Notes: generated from the letters alone by a model not told the origin. Counted from the first letter of the stretch, positions 1 to 8,861 are shown. The stretch is DNA of 46,206 nt from Lachnospiraceae bacterium (GCA_014804285.1 JAAVAA010000069.1:47276-93481); one strand, 5' to 3'. A program made the numbers and translations.

Positions 1-648
1 GAGCTTCTGCATATCGGTTTCGGAACCATGAACGGAAAGGATGGCAAGCCTTTTAAAACCAGAGACGGCGGTGTAATGAGTCTGGAACTTTTGATTGGTG
101 AAATCAACGACGAGATGTACCGGAAGATCAGCGAGAGCCGCAAGGAGATGGATAAGGAGGCTGAGGAAACGGCAAAGATCGTTGCTCTTTCCGCGATTAA
201 GTATGGGGACTTATCCAATCAGGCATCGAAGGATTATATATTTGACATTGATAAGTTTACTTCCTTTGAGGGAGACACGGGACCGTATATTTTATATACC
301 ATTGTGCGGATCAAGTCGATCTTAAACAAGGTAAAAGAACAGGGAGGCATACCGGAGAATCCGGTGATCCGCGGTGCAGGAAGCGAAGCAGAAAAAGCGT
401 TGATGCTGCAAATTGCAGGATTCAATGCCATGATGGAAACGGCTTACAGCGAGACAGCCCCTCATAAGGTCTGCGCCTATATTTATGATCTTGCCAATGC
501 ATTTAATCGTTTTTATCATGAGACAAAGATTGTTACGGAAGAAAATCAGGACAAAAAGGCGGGCTGGGTAGCGCTTCTTATGCTTGTCAGAGATATTTTG
601 GAAACTTGTATTGATGTGCTGGGATTTACGGCACCGGAAAGAATGTAG
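1..648 (+). CDS. argS: Arginyl-tRNA synthetase, C-terminal part (5' truncated by window)
   Basis: KPFKTRDG (KMSKS-equivalent), GDTGPYILY, and a DALR anticodon domain ending APERM. Confidence 0.95.
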   Translation, partial: ELLHIGFGTMNGKDGKPFKTRDGGVMSLELLIGEINDEMYRKISESRKEMDKEAEETAKIVALSAIKYGDLSNQASKDYIFDIDKFTSFEGDTGPYILYTIVRIKSILNKVKEQGGIPENPVIRGAGSEAEKALMLQIAGFNAMMETAYSETAPHKVCAYIYDLANAFNRFYHETKIVTEENQDKKAGWVALLMLVRDILETCIDVLGFTAPERM

Positions 649-652
649 GGAT

Positions 653-2347
653 ATGCAGACACCAACAGAGTTAAGAAATAAATTAAGAAGTATTGATCAT
701 CGGAGTTATCCGGCTTACAAGGAGCTTAAGGGGCAGTATGATTTTGGAGATTACACGCTCTCTATCGATCATGTGCAGGGAGATCCGTTTGCGTCTCCTT
801 CCAGGCTGTCCGTCTGGGTAAAAAAGGAAAAGGCAGGATTCCCAAAAGAATTTTATGATACTGCGGTCAAAAGGATCACTCTTCAGGATCATCTTACCAG
901 GTTGTTTGGAAGATGGGCAGCAGGAGGAAGCTTTCAAGCAAAGGGTTCGGGTAAAAGCGGGCTTTTGTCCATCTCCAGATGCGGACAACAGGTGTTGGAG
1001 CGCACAGCATTGCGTGTCAGGGAGGGCGAGGTGATTCTGCGGTTTGAAGCGGGATTTCCGGCGAACGGACGTACCATTAATGCCAGAGAGCTGGAAAAGA
1101 TGTTGTTTGATATCCTTCCGGACTGTGTAAGAAAAAGTCTGTATTATGCAAGAATTGATCAGAATAAATTAAAACAGGCAATTTGCCTGTGTGAGGATCA
1201 GCAGTATATCCGCCAGAATCTGTCCGGGCTGGGGTTGTGTGCTTTTATTGCGGATGGTTCCATACTTCCCAGAGAAAGCGGTGTGTCACAAAAGCCGATG
1301 AAGGGGGCAGTGGCATTTAAATCTCCGGATTCTCTAAAGGTGACATTATCCCTTCCGAATAAAGGTGAGGTAACGGGAATGGGAATTCCTAAGGGCATCA
1401 CTTTGTTTGTGGGCGGAGGTTATCACGGTAAATCTACCATTTTGCAGGCACTCCAGAATGGTGTATATAATCATATTGCCGGAGACGGAAGAGAGCTGGT
1501 TATCACAGATCATTCGGCATTCAAGCTTCGTGCGGAGGATGGGCGGAGCATTACCGGAGTGGATATTTCTCCGTTTATCAAAAATCTTCCGAACAAAAAA
1601 GATACGGTGCGCTTCTCCACAGAAGATGCCAGCGGAAGCACTTCTCAGGCGGCGAATCTGATGGAGGCATTAGAGAGCGGAAGCACCTTGATTTTGATTG
1701 ATGAGGATACCTCTGCTACGAATTTTATGGTCCGCGATCAGCTGATGTCCCAGGTGATCACACAGGGGGAAGAACCGATTACCCCCTTTATCAGCCGGGT
1801 ACGGGGAATGTATGAGGATTTGGGAGTCTCTTCCATTATTGTTGCCGGAAGCTCCGGAGCTTATTTCCATGTGGCAGATACTATTATCCAAATGAAGGAA
1901 TATGTGCCGGTTGATATTACGAAGAAGGCAAAGCAGGCAGCGGCAGATTATTCCGATGGCGCAAAGGAAGAAGGTTTCCCGGATTTCTGCGCAAAGCGGA
2001 TACCGAAACCGGATATGGCGCTTAAGAGGGAAGAACGGATCAAGATTAAGGTAATAGGAACCAGTGAATTGTCTCTTTCCAAAGAAAGGGTGGAACTGCG
2101 TTATTTAGAGCAGTTAGAGGATCAGGAGCAGACAATGGCGCTGGCATATCTTTTGAAATATGCTCAGATCAAGCTGATGGATGGCAGAAAAGACTTAAAG
2201 CAGATTGGAGATCTTCTGGAGAATCAGCTTGATCAGAAGGGATTGGAAAGTCTCTTTGAGCGGGGAGAGGTTTCAGCGCAGCTGGCGAGACCCAGAAAGC
2301 AGGAGATTATGGCCTGCGTGAATCGATATCGCAGGTTGGAGATGTAG
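653..2347 (+). CDS. ABC-ATPase domain-containing protein (predicted P-loop ATPase)
   Basis: Walker A GGGYHGKST, STEDASGSTSQA, Walker B LILIDEDTSATNFM; ATG at 653 directly after argS. Confidence 0.85.
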   Translation: MQTPTELRNKLRSIDHRSYPAYKELKGQYDFGDYTLSIDHVQGDPFASPSRLSVWVKKEKAGFPKEFYDTAVKRITLQDHLTRLFGRWAAGGSFQAKGSGKSGLLSISRCGQQVLERTALRVREGEVILRFEAGFPANGRTINARELEKMLFDILPDCVRKSLYYARIDQNKLKQAICLCEDQQYIRQNLSGLGLCAFIADGSILPRESGVSQKPMKGAVAFKSPDSLKVTLSLPNKGEVTGMGIPKGITLFVGGGYHGKSTILQALQNGVYNHIAGDGRELVITDHSAFKLRAEDGRSITGVDISPFIKNLPNKKDTVRFSTEDASGSTSQAANLMEALESGSTLILIDEDTSATNFMVRDQLMSQVITQGEEPITPFISRVRGMYEDLGVSSIIVAGSSGAYFHVADTIIQMKEYVPVDITKKAKQAAADYSDGAKEEGFPDFCAKRIPKPDMALKREERIKIKVIGTSELSLSKERVELRYLEQLEDQEQTMALAYLLKYAQIKLMDGRKDLKQIGDLLENQLDQKGLESLFERGEVSAQLARPRKQEIMACVNRYRRLEM

Positions 2348-2381
2348 ATATTTGGAAAGGGCGATGTTTGGAGAAATAAAA

Positions 2382-2433
2382 TGTAAACCATAATTTATAT
2401 TTGGTTGACATTAAGAACGCAGGATGATATGAT
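2382..2433 (+). promoter_or_regulatory. BirA operator overlapping the sigma-A promoter of bioY
   Basis: TGTAAAC-N15-GTTGACA (2382-2410) fits the Firmicute BirA box; TTGACA-17-TATGAT promoter. Confidence 0.8.
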
Positions 2434-2473
2434 GTCTTCAGTCAAAAATGTTTAACAGGATTGGAGACAAATT

Positions 2474-3040
2474 ATGAGTACACAAACGATAACGGCAGGA
2501 AGAAGCAAGACCTATGATGTAGTATATGTGGGAGTTTTTGCGGTATTGATAGCAATTTGTTCATGGATATCCATTCCCACGCTGGTTCCTTTTACTCTTC
2601 AAACCTTTGCGGTATTTCTTACGGTAGGTTTACTGGGCGGAAAAAGAGGTACTATGGCGGTTTTGGTCTATGTACTGTTAGGAGCAATAGGAATTCCGGT
2701 GTTTGCCGGATTCACCGGAGGAATCGGCGTAATTTTAAATAATACGGGAGGGTATATCATTGGATTTATTTTTTCCGCGCTGGTTATGTGGCTGATGGAG
2801 AGCCTGCTTGGCAGAAAACTTTGGGTGCAGGGGCTTTCCATGATTTTGGGCATTATTGTCTGTTATGCTTTCGGGACCGCATGGTTTATGATCGTTTATA
2901 CCAGAGATTCCGGGGCGGTGGGACTTGCAACGGTTCTTAGCTGGTGCGTCATCCCTTTTATTATCCCCGATATTGTTAAAATTGCGTTGGCGCTGTTTTT
3001 GAGCAACAGACTTTCCGGAGTGATCAGAATTAATAATTGA
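2474..3040 (+). CDS. bioY: Biotin ECF transporter S component BioY
   Basis: VPFTLQTFAV, GIPVFAG and TGGYIIGF motifs; hydrophobic; BirA site upstream. Confidence 0.93.
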   Translation: MSTQTITAGRSKTYDVVYVGVFAVLIAICSWISIPTLVPFTLQTFAVFLTVGLLGGKRGTMAVLVYVLLGAIGIPVFAGFTGGIGVILNNTGGYIIGFIFSALVMWLMESLLGRKLWVQGLSMILGIIVCYAFGTAWFMIVYTRDSGAVGLATVLSWCVIPFIIPDIVKIALALFLSNRLSGVIRINN

Positions 3041-3054
3041 AAGGAATCAGGGAT

Positions 3055-3453
3055 ATGATTTACAGGATCAGAGCACATCACGGGATGTGCTTCTCCTTTT
3101 TTGAGGGGAAGGGATATAGCGGCGAGTTTATAGAAAACATGCAGAGGATAAAGGAACTGTTGGATAAGAATCCTGAGGTCTGTCTGCTTGATGAGGTGGA
3201 TGATGTCTGCGTGGGCTGTCCCAATAATCAAAAAGGAGAATGTACTTCGGCAGGGAAGGTACAGGTCTATGACAGACAAGTTCTGGAATATTGTCAGCTT
3301 GTACCCGGAATGCGAATTCGCTGGAAGGATTTTGAGGCAAAGGTGAGGGAGAATATATTGGATAAGGGGCGGAGAGAGAAAATATGCGGAAATTGTGAGT
3401 GGAACGAAATCTGTAAAAACTTTTCTTTACAACCGACCGAAAGGATATTATAA
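3055..3453 (+). CDS. DUF1284 family Cys-rich protein
   Basis: RAHHGMC...GYS..F, DDVCVGCP and ICGNCEW...C motifs. Confidence 0.8.
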   Translation: MIYRIRAHHGMCFSFFEGKGYSGEFIENMQRIKELLDKNPEVCLLDEVDDVCVGCPNNQKGECTSAGKVQVYDRQVLEYCQLVPGMRIRWKDFEAKVRENILDKGRREKICGNCEWNEICKNFSLQPTERIL

Positions 3454-3476
3454 TAAATATGTTGCAGATGCGTTAT

Positions 3477-3547
<71 letters not shown>

Positions 3548-3550
3548 TAC

Positions 3551-3584
3551 AAAGAGCCTTGATTTATCAGGGTTCTTTCTTTTT
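3551..3584. terminator. Intrinsic terminator between tRNA and integrase
   Basis: AAAGAGCCTTGAT-TT-ATCAGGGTTCTTT hairpin followed by a T-rich tract. Confidence 0.6.
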
Positions 3585-4616
3585 GTGTTGCATTTCGTGT
3601 TGCATGTTTTCAAAATGCTTAAAGGTAATATCTTGAAATTGTTTATTGTAAGTGTCAATTGTTCCTCTGTATATGTCTTTTAAGGTTTTGTCAGAAGCCC
3701 AGCCTCCACGTTGCATGATATACTGATCAGGAACACCCAAAGCGTGCATGATACTGGCAGCATAGTGCCTGAGATCATGAAATCTAAAATGTGTTATCCC
3801 AAGTTTAGTGAGAGTTCTTCCATGCCTTATACTGATTCGGTCAGGATTTATTGATACAACATATCCTTCTTTCGGAAGCATGTCAATAATAAATTGTGGC
3901 ATATTAATGTCCCGTGCACTGGACGAATTCTTGACAAACGGTTTTAATACAAATTGATTATTGCTGTCTTTTACTTTTGCTTGTCTTATATGCAGGGTAT
4001 TCCCAGTTATATGGTTTGCGTCAAGTCCGCAGATTTCAGAACGGCGCAGCGTGCCGAAAGCTGACAGACAGCTTGCAATCAGCATATCATTATCATTTTC
4101 AGAATAATATCTGATAAGTTCCTGAATCTCTTCATCATTCGGGACATATCCGTCATACCTGATTTTCGAAGGAAGAGTAACATTTACAGAAAATGTTTCC
4201 AGATTGTCTTTCATAACCGCACTTAGAAATCCATAGGCATTCCGGACAGACTTCGGAGAATGATTCTCAGAATAACGATTGATCCACCTTTGAAGGGTAA
4301 TTTTGTTTAATTCAGATAATTTTTTGTCTTCAATATCACTGTATGCGCTATTGCGAAGCTGCTCATATCCCCGTATAGTAGAAGGAGAAAGTACTGATTT
4401 TTTTAGGTTGCAATATTCATTCATGGCTTCACACAGTATTATATCTTTTGAGAATTCACTTTCTTCTTTTTGATTGCAGACATATTGTGTTGCCAGCAAT
4501 TCTGCTTCTTTTTTTGTGTCAGCGGTAAAAGACTTATATTTCCGCTTTCCGTGCTCCATGCCTATGTAAATAAGGCATCGGTATTTTCCTGATGGTAGTT
4601 TCTTTGCTGTAGCCAT
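3567..4616 (-). CDS. int: Tyrosine recombinase (phage integrase)
   Basis: LRRSEI, HDLRH, GGW and DIY catalytic motifs; N-terminal arm-binding-like segment; SD GGAGG before MATAKK. Confidence 0.95.
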   Translation of the reverse strand: MATAKKLPSGKYRCLIYIGMEHGKRKYKSFTADTKKEAELLATQYVCNQKEESEFSKDIILCEAMNEYCNLKKSVLSPSTIRGYEQLRNSAYSDIEDKKLSELNKITLQRWINRYSENHSPKSVRNAYGFLSAVMKDNLETFSVNVTLPSKIRYDGYVPNDEEIQELIRYYSENDNDMLIASCLSAFGTLRRSEICGLDANHITGNTLHIRQAKVKDSNNQFVLKPFVKNSSSARDINMPQFIIDMLPKEGYVVSINPDRISIRHGRTLTKLGITHFRFHDLRHYAASIMHALGVPDQYIMQRGGWASDKTLKDIYRGTIDTYNKQFQDITFKHFENMQHEMQHKKKEP

Positions 4617-4776
4617 AGTATTATCCTCCTTAAAAATGATATAAAAATGCCCGGTGACTTGATTTTGCACCGGAAAAATGATACAATTTATTCTGTCATG
4701 AATAAGTTGTATCGGGATTCCCGGTATACCTTGTACCTACCGCTCTGGTGTTGCTGCGTCAGGGCGGTTTTTCTGT

Positions 4777-4805
4777 TTGACAGGTTTTGGTATATTGCTT
4801 ATAAT
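4777..4805 (+). promoter_or_regulatory. Consensus sigma-A promoter of the antitoxin sRNA
   Basis: TTGACA-17 bp-TATAAT with no downstream ORF. Confidence 0.85.
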
Positions 4806-4811
4806 ATACTT

Positions 4812-4929
4812 AACAAGACAGCCGGAAGGTGAGTGCGATTCACCCGATCCGGCGAAGAACTATAACAAAACTATTAAGAAATAGCTGTCAGTTCTGGCCA
4901 GAGAACAGGACGGCTATTTCTTATTTTTT
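4812..4929 (+). ncRNA. Putative type I antitoxin sRNA
   Basis: Perfect promoter, GCCGGA..TCCGGC hairpin, terminator AAGAAATAGCTGTC..GACGGCTATTTCTT plus T-run; converges on the toxin 3' end. Confidence 0.7.
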
Positions 4930-4997
4930 ATATTCAGAATCGCTACAATCAGTAAAGCAATGCTCACTATTAAATTCAATTCCTCATATGTACTCAT
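4914..4997 (-). CDS. Holin-like type I toxin peptide MSTYEELNLIVSIALLIVAILNIKNKK (27 aa)
   Basis: Manual translation; SD GGAAGGTGG; one TM helix plus basic tail typical of Firmicute type I toxins. Confidence 0.8.
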   Translation of the reverse strand: MSTYEELNLIVSIALLIVAILNIKNKK

Positions 4998-5122
4998 AAT
5001 AATCACCACCTTCCACAAGACTCGGAACGGGTGAGAGCACGTCCCCCGGCTGCCCGGGTAAGCATATTATGTTATCAAGGTATATTTTGCTGATATGGTA
5101 GAAATAATTTTCTGTATTCGAA

Positions 5123-6094
5123 CTACCTGAAGCAATGTCCGCAAGTACTATATCCTTGGCTTTCCAGTTCACTTATACTTAAATTTGATGTTGAATAATT
5201 TTCGGGCGCAATTTTCTTAACATCATTACAAGTTGGCCAGTGAAATTTGAAAGTAGATGTATTCAAAACAAACATATCAGAGGTTTGTTGTTGTTCAAGA
5301 TTGTTATATGTGTTGAAATTGTTTTCGCTTGAATTATAAGTACCTTCAGTTTGAGTCGGGGCATCAGCGATAAATCCGGTGCTAGATGTTCCTTGCTCAA
5401 CAGGAATGGTATACAATAAAGTTTCCGAAGAATTTTCAGGTTCTAAAAGCTTCATGGAGTTGTCAGATTTTTCATTATTGCTTAAAATATTTTCTGCCTC
5501 ACCAGTGCTTAAATCTATAAAATATTCGGCTAACAGCATACCGCCAAAGAGAGCACTTGCGTCATGTTCTTCACCAGCGACATATTCATGTATAGCAACA
5601 TCTAGTGTTCCGCCATAAGGTACAGATATAGATGTAGTTGTATTTAAAGAAAAGTTTACAATGGCATGAATTTCATCATCTGAACTGAAAAAAGTATTAT
5701 AATAATCGACAACATATTCTGTTATATCTTTTGATGATGCAATGGAAGATATTCTCCACTTTCCTGTTATATCATTTATCACCGAATCAGAAAACCAGAA
5801 TTCTATATCATCAATAGTGTATGTACCTGATTTGACGGTTTCAGAATCTGTTTGTGTTTCTGGTATAATATCGTTAGGTTCCGGATTGTCAGTTTGTTGC
5901 TGAGGCTCAATTTGGTTAGATATATCAGGAGTATCACTTATATAGGCAGTGTTTTGAAGGGAGGATTTATTATTTTTACTCGATATATTATTATTCGAGT
6001 TAGGATAAATGAACAAAATGAAACATACTAAAATAACAGTACAACACCCTATTATTCCTAAAAATACGGTTAATAAATTAAATATTTGTTTCAC
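5123..6094 (-). CDS. Membrane-anchored protein with C-terminal Ada-like Zn-binding domain (lysogenic conversion gene)
   Basis: N-terminal TM, acidic linker, C-terminal NTSTFKFHWPTC...CGHC; lies between int and repressor. Confidence 0.65.
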   Translation of the reverse strand: MKQIFNLLTVFLGIIGCCTVILVCFILFIYPNSNNNISSKNNKSSLQNTAYISDTPDISNQIEPQQQTDNPEPNDIIPETQTDSETVKSGTYTIDDIEFWFSDSVINDITGKWRISSIASSKDITEYVVDYYNTFFSSDDEIHAIVNFSLNTTTSISVPYGGTLDVAIHEYVAGEEHDASALFGGMLLAEYFIDLSTGEAENILSNNEKSDNSMKLLEPENSSETLLYTIPVEQGTSSTGFIADAPTQTEGTYNSSENNFNTYNNLEQQQTSDMFVLNTSTFKFHWPTCNDVKKIAPENYSTSNLSISELESQGYSTCGHCFR

Positions 6095-6126
6095 TTGTAC
6101 ACACTCCCAACATTATAAGACGTATT

Positions 6127-6345
6127 TTATAAATGAGCTTGATTCTCAATTTCATTTATATCTATTTTTTCAAAGTCATTGCCGAAAATGTGCTTCATAG
6201 CGTGCATAAATGCTTTTTGCTGTGCTTCCTTAGATAATGAAGTTTCAATAAATATTGTGTAGCTGCCATCATTATTTTCGCTGACAGCTTCCTTGGTCTT
6301 CGTGTCTGGAAAAGTAGTAAGCCGTACTTGATAATCAATCATCAT
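6127..6345 (-). CDS. ImmA/IrrE-like anti-repressor metallopeptidase-like protein
   Basis: Coupled to the repressor stop; YTIFIETSLS..Q..AFMHAMKHI pattern with HAxxH instead of HExxH. Confidence 0.65.
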   Translation of the reverse strand: MMIDYQVRLTTFPDTKTKEAVSENNDGSYTIFIETSLSKEAQQKAFMHAMKHIFGNDFEKIDINEIENQAHL

Positions 6346-6709
6346 AATGCTGTTCCTTTCTTTTAAGAGCAAGAAGCATATTATGCACAGCCAATAAATC
6401 TTCTGGTTCGGCATTACGGGCTGTATCAAAAAGAAGTCGCAATTCTTTATTTTCAAAAATATCTTGCGCTATTTTGGCGGTTTCCTCATTAAGGTAGTAG
6501 GTTTCACCACCGTCTTTTTCTTCACCAGTCATTAAGTATTCTAAAGAGACACCGAAATAATCAGCTATTTTTTTCATATTTTCGGTCTTAGGGGTAATTT
6601 TACCCAGTTTCCAATCACTCAATGAGGATTGAGAAATTCCAGTTGCCTTACTTACTTTGTACGCAGTTACTCCAAATTTTTGGAGTAATTGACTAAAAAT
6701 CTCATACAT
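6335..6709 (-). CDS. CI/ImmR-like XRE repressor
   Basis: HTH TAYKVSKATGISQSSLSDWK..IADYFGVSLEYL; divergent from Cro-like gene; SD GAAAGGTGG. Confidence 0.88.
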   Translation of the reverse strand: MYEIFSQLLQKFGVTAYKVSKATGISQSSLSDWKLGKITPKTENMKKIADYFGVSLEYLMTGEEKDGGETYYLNEETAKIAQDIFENKELRLLFDTARNAEPEDLLAVHNMLLALKRKEQHYDD

Positions 6710-6740
6710 AATTTGTCCACCTTTCATAAATTCAGACAAA

Positions 6741-6884
6741 TACTAAGAAAAAACGGAATAATGCTTGACTGCTCCGTCATAACGTAGTATAGTATGAGCA
6801 TACCAAGTAAAAACGTAGTACTTGGAATGCTACGCAAATGCGAATTATTTGTCTGGTAAACGAAGTATATCACATTTGCGTAGT
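6741..6884. promoter_or_regulatory. Divergent promoter/operator region of the genetic switch
   Basis: Repeated AACG(T/G/A)A(G/A)TA half-sites (around 6752, 6781, 6812, 6859); TTGACT..TATAGT rightward promoter. Confidence 0.6.
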
Positions 6885-6920
6885 AAAAGCAATAAAAACA
6901 TACGGAAAGGCGGTGTAAAA

Positions 6921-7127
6921 TTGTATAAGAAAATTGCTGAATTATTACAAAAGGAGAATAAAACAGCGTACCAACTATCAAAAGATACAGGTATAGCACA
7001 ATCTGTATTATCAGATTGGAAAAATGGTCGTAGTAAGCCTAAGGTGGATAAACTTAAAATCCTTGCTGACTACTTCGGCGTATCTATTGACTATTTCTTA
7101 GATGAACCCACAAAGGACACCCAATAG
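6921..7127 (+). CDS. Cro-like XRE HTH regulator
   Basis: TTG start after AAAGGCGGTG; HTH closely similar to the repressor's. Confidence 0.85.
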   Translation: MYKKIAELLQKENKTAYQLSKDTGIAQSVLSDWKNGRSKPKVDKLKILADYFGVSIDYFLDEPTKDTQ

Positions 7128-7379
7128 GCTGGACACAACCCTCAATAAAAGAATAAAGGGGTAGTGCGAAGATAGCAATAGAACAATAAGTAGTTAAGTA
7201 TGGAGCAGTGGCGGTTATTCTGGATATCTGCTGATTATGTCTTAGATGATATCAAAGGGAGTGTCCAATAAATAGGACGAGGGGGAGGTGAGAAAATCAA
7301 AGATTACGGGGCGATATTTTTCTACATATTTGGGTGTATCGTAGGCATATTTATCATGTTGCTTATACGGAAATATGGG

Positions 7380-7715
7380 TTATAAAAGTCTGATAATAAT
7401 GTCAGCCAGTACAGCAGTGAAGATTCCGGCAAGAAACCCCAAAAAACGGTTAAGCCATATTTCAGAGCGCTCAACAAAATACATTGGAAGTTTATTTTCA
7501 GGAATAATATGGGACGGCATGACAGTATTATCAACATTAGGAGCGGTGATGTATCCTCCGGATGACAAGGCTTGAATTGCTTTTAGGTTTTTAGGATTTT
7601 TACAAAGCTTGTCAAGGTCTTTGCCGAGGCAGACACCTAATTCATTATTGTCACTTGATTTTTCAATTACTTTAAGGCAGTGATGCATTCTAAATCTTGT
7701 TGATAATCCTATCAT
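7380..7715 (-). CDS. Counter-oriented hypothetical protein with C-terminal TM (moron-like)
   Basis: SD GGAAAGGA before MIGLSTR; C-terminal hydrophobic helix. Confidence 0.55.
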   Translation of the reverse strand: MIGLSTRFRMHHCLKVIEKSSDNNELGVCLGKDLDKLCKNPKNLKAIQALSSGGYITAPNVDNTVMPSHIIPENKLPMYFVERSEIWLNRFLGFLAGIFTAVLADIIIRLL

Positions 7716-7835
7716 ATGTTTTCCTTTCCAATGGTTTGAGCTGAATCTGATAACAAAATTATAAGGGAGAAGCAAAATTCAGGCAACAGAATTTGGCAAA
7801 CAACGAGGATATTTAATAAACAGGACGGAAGGAGA

Positions 7836-8096
7836 GTGAAAAGAATGCCAAGAATAACATTAGGGCAGTGGACGCAGAAAGATGAACAGTTTGTGCGGAA
7901 CCTTAAAGCAGAGCTTGGCAGAAAGGGGAAGGATCACAAAAACCTTATGCGGAGGACAGGCAGGTCACAGGGGGCGATATACAAAAGATTTCATCAGCCT
8001 GGGACTACAACAGTTGATGAGCTCCGTATATTCATACAGGAAGCCGGGTTGTCGGAAGATGATGTGCTGGATTTTCTATTTAAGGACCGGAGGTGA
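7836..8096 (+). CDS. Phage HTH-like hypothetical protein
   Basis: SD AAGGAG; basic helical protein in the early operon. Confidence 0.55.
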   Translation: MKRMPRITLGQWTQKDEQFVRNLKAELGRKGKDHKNLMRRTGRSQGAIYKRFHQPGTTTVDELRIFIQEAGLSEDDVLDFLFKDRR

Positions 8097-8099
8097 GAA

Positions 8100-8348
8100 A
8101 TGATCTTTTTAAAAATAGCAGCTTTCTGGTTGCCGGTCATTGGTATAGGCAGTATCGTAGGTGCCATTGAAACAGGGACAAGCCCGGCGAAAGCGATTGT
8201 GGTCTTCCTGATCGGGTGTCTGGTAATGGCAGTTTATGTCAGACTCGACAGTATGAGATATAGGCGCGACAAAGAAATCGACCGCTTTATCAAAAAAGAA
8301 AATAGGTTCTGCTACCGACCAAAGCTACAGAACCTAAAGGACAACTAA
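8100..8348 (+). CDS. Two-TM phage membrane protein
   Basis: SD GGAGGTG; two hydrophobic helices. Confidence 0.55.
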   Translation: MIFLKIAAFWLPVIGIGSIVGAIETGTSPAKAIVVFLIGCLVMAVYVRLDSMRYRRDKEIDRFIKKENRFCYRPKLQNLKDN

Positions 8349-8399
8349 TTGTATTTATTGCCTATGCCCCAATTATGGCATAGGGGAAAGGAAAAGTCA

Positions 8400-8585
8400 A
8401 TGTTAGGGAAAGTGGAAAATTACGATCCTAAAAAGGGATATGGTTTTATCCGGGGAGATGATGGAAAAAAGTATTTTGTCCCTTACTGTAATGTAAACAC
8501 GGCATCGGGAAGTTTATCAGCAGGATATACAGTTGAGTTTAATACCGGTGAAGGAAACAGAGCATTCAATGTGAGATATTTATAG
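8400..8585 (+). CDS. Cold-shock domain protein
   Basis: GKVENY..KGYGFI (RNP1)..YFVPY (RNP2-like)..VEF..A.NV. Confidence 0.8.
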   Translation: MLGKVENYDPKKGYGFIRGDDGKKYFVPYCNVNTASGSLSAGYTVEFNTGEGNRAFNVRYL

Positions 8586-8591
8586 GAGGGA

Positions 8592-8861
8592 ATGAAGAGT
8601 ATGGGAAAGAATCAGATTATTCAGGAAGAATCAAAGGAACTGACTCAGGAAGAGTTTAAGGAACTGGCAAATGATTTGAAGCCGGTCTTAAAAAGCATGG
8701 AAGCGGTACTTAAGAAGCACAACATAGAATGTCTTACTTCAACGTGCATGAGTACAGATGGATATTTTAATTTCAGTCTGCATGATTCCGACTGGGAATT
8801 TAAGAGAACAAACAGTGATACGAAAATGTTGATATGCAAGAGCATAACAGAGGAAGTGTGA
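8592..8861 (+). CDS. Hypothetical phage protein
   Basis: SD AGGAGG; operon context. Confidence 0.6.
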   Translation: MKSMGKNQIIQEESKELTQEEFKELANDLKPVLKSMEAVLKKHNIECLTSTCMSTDGYFNFSLHDSDWEFKRTNSDTKMLICKSITEEV

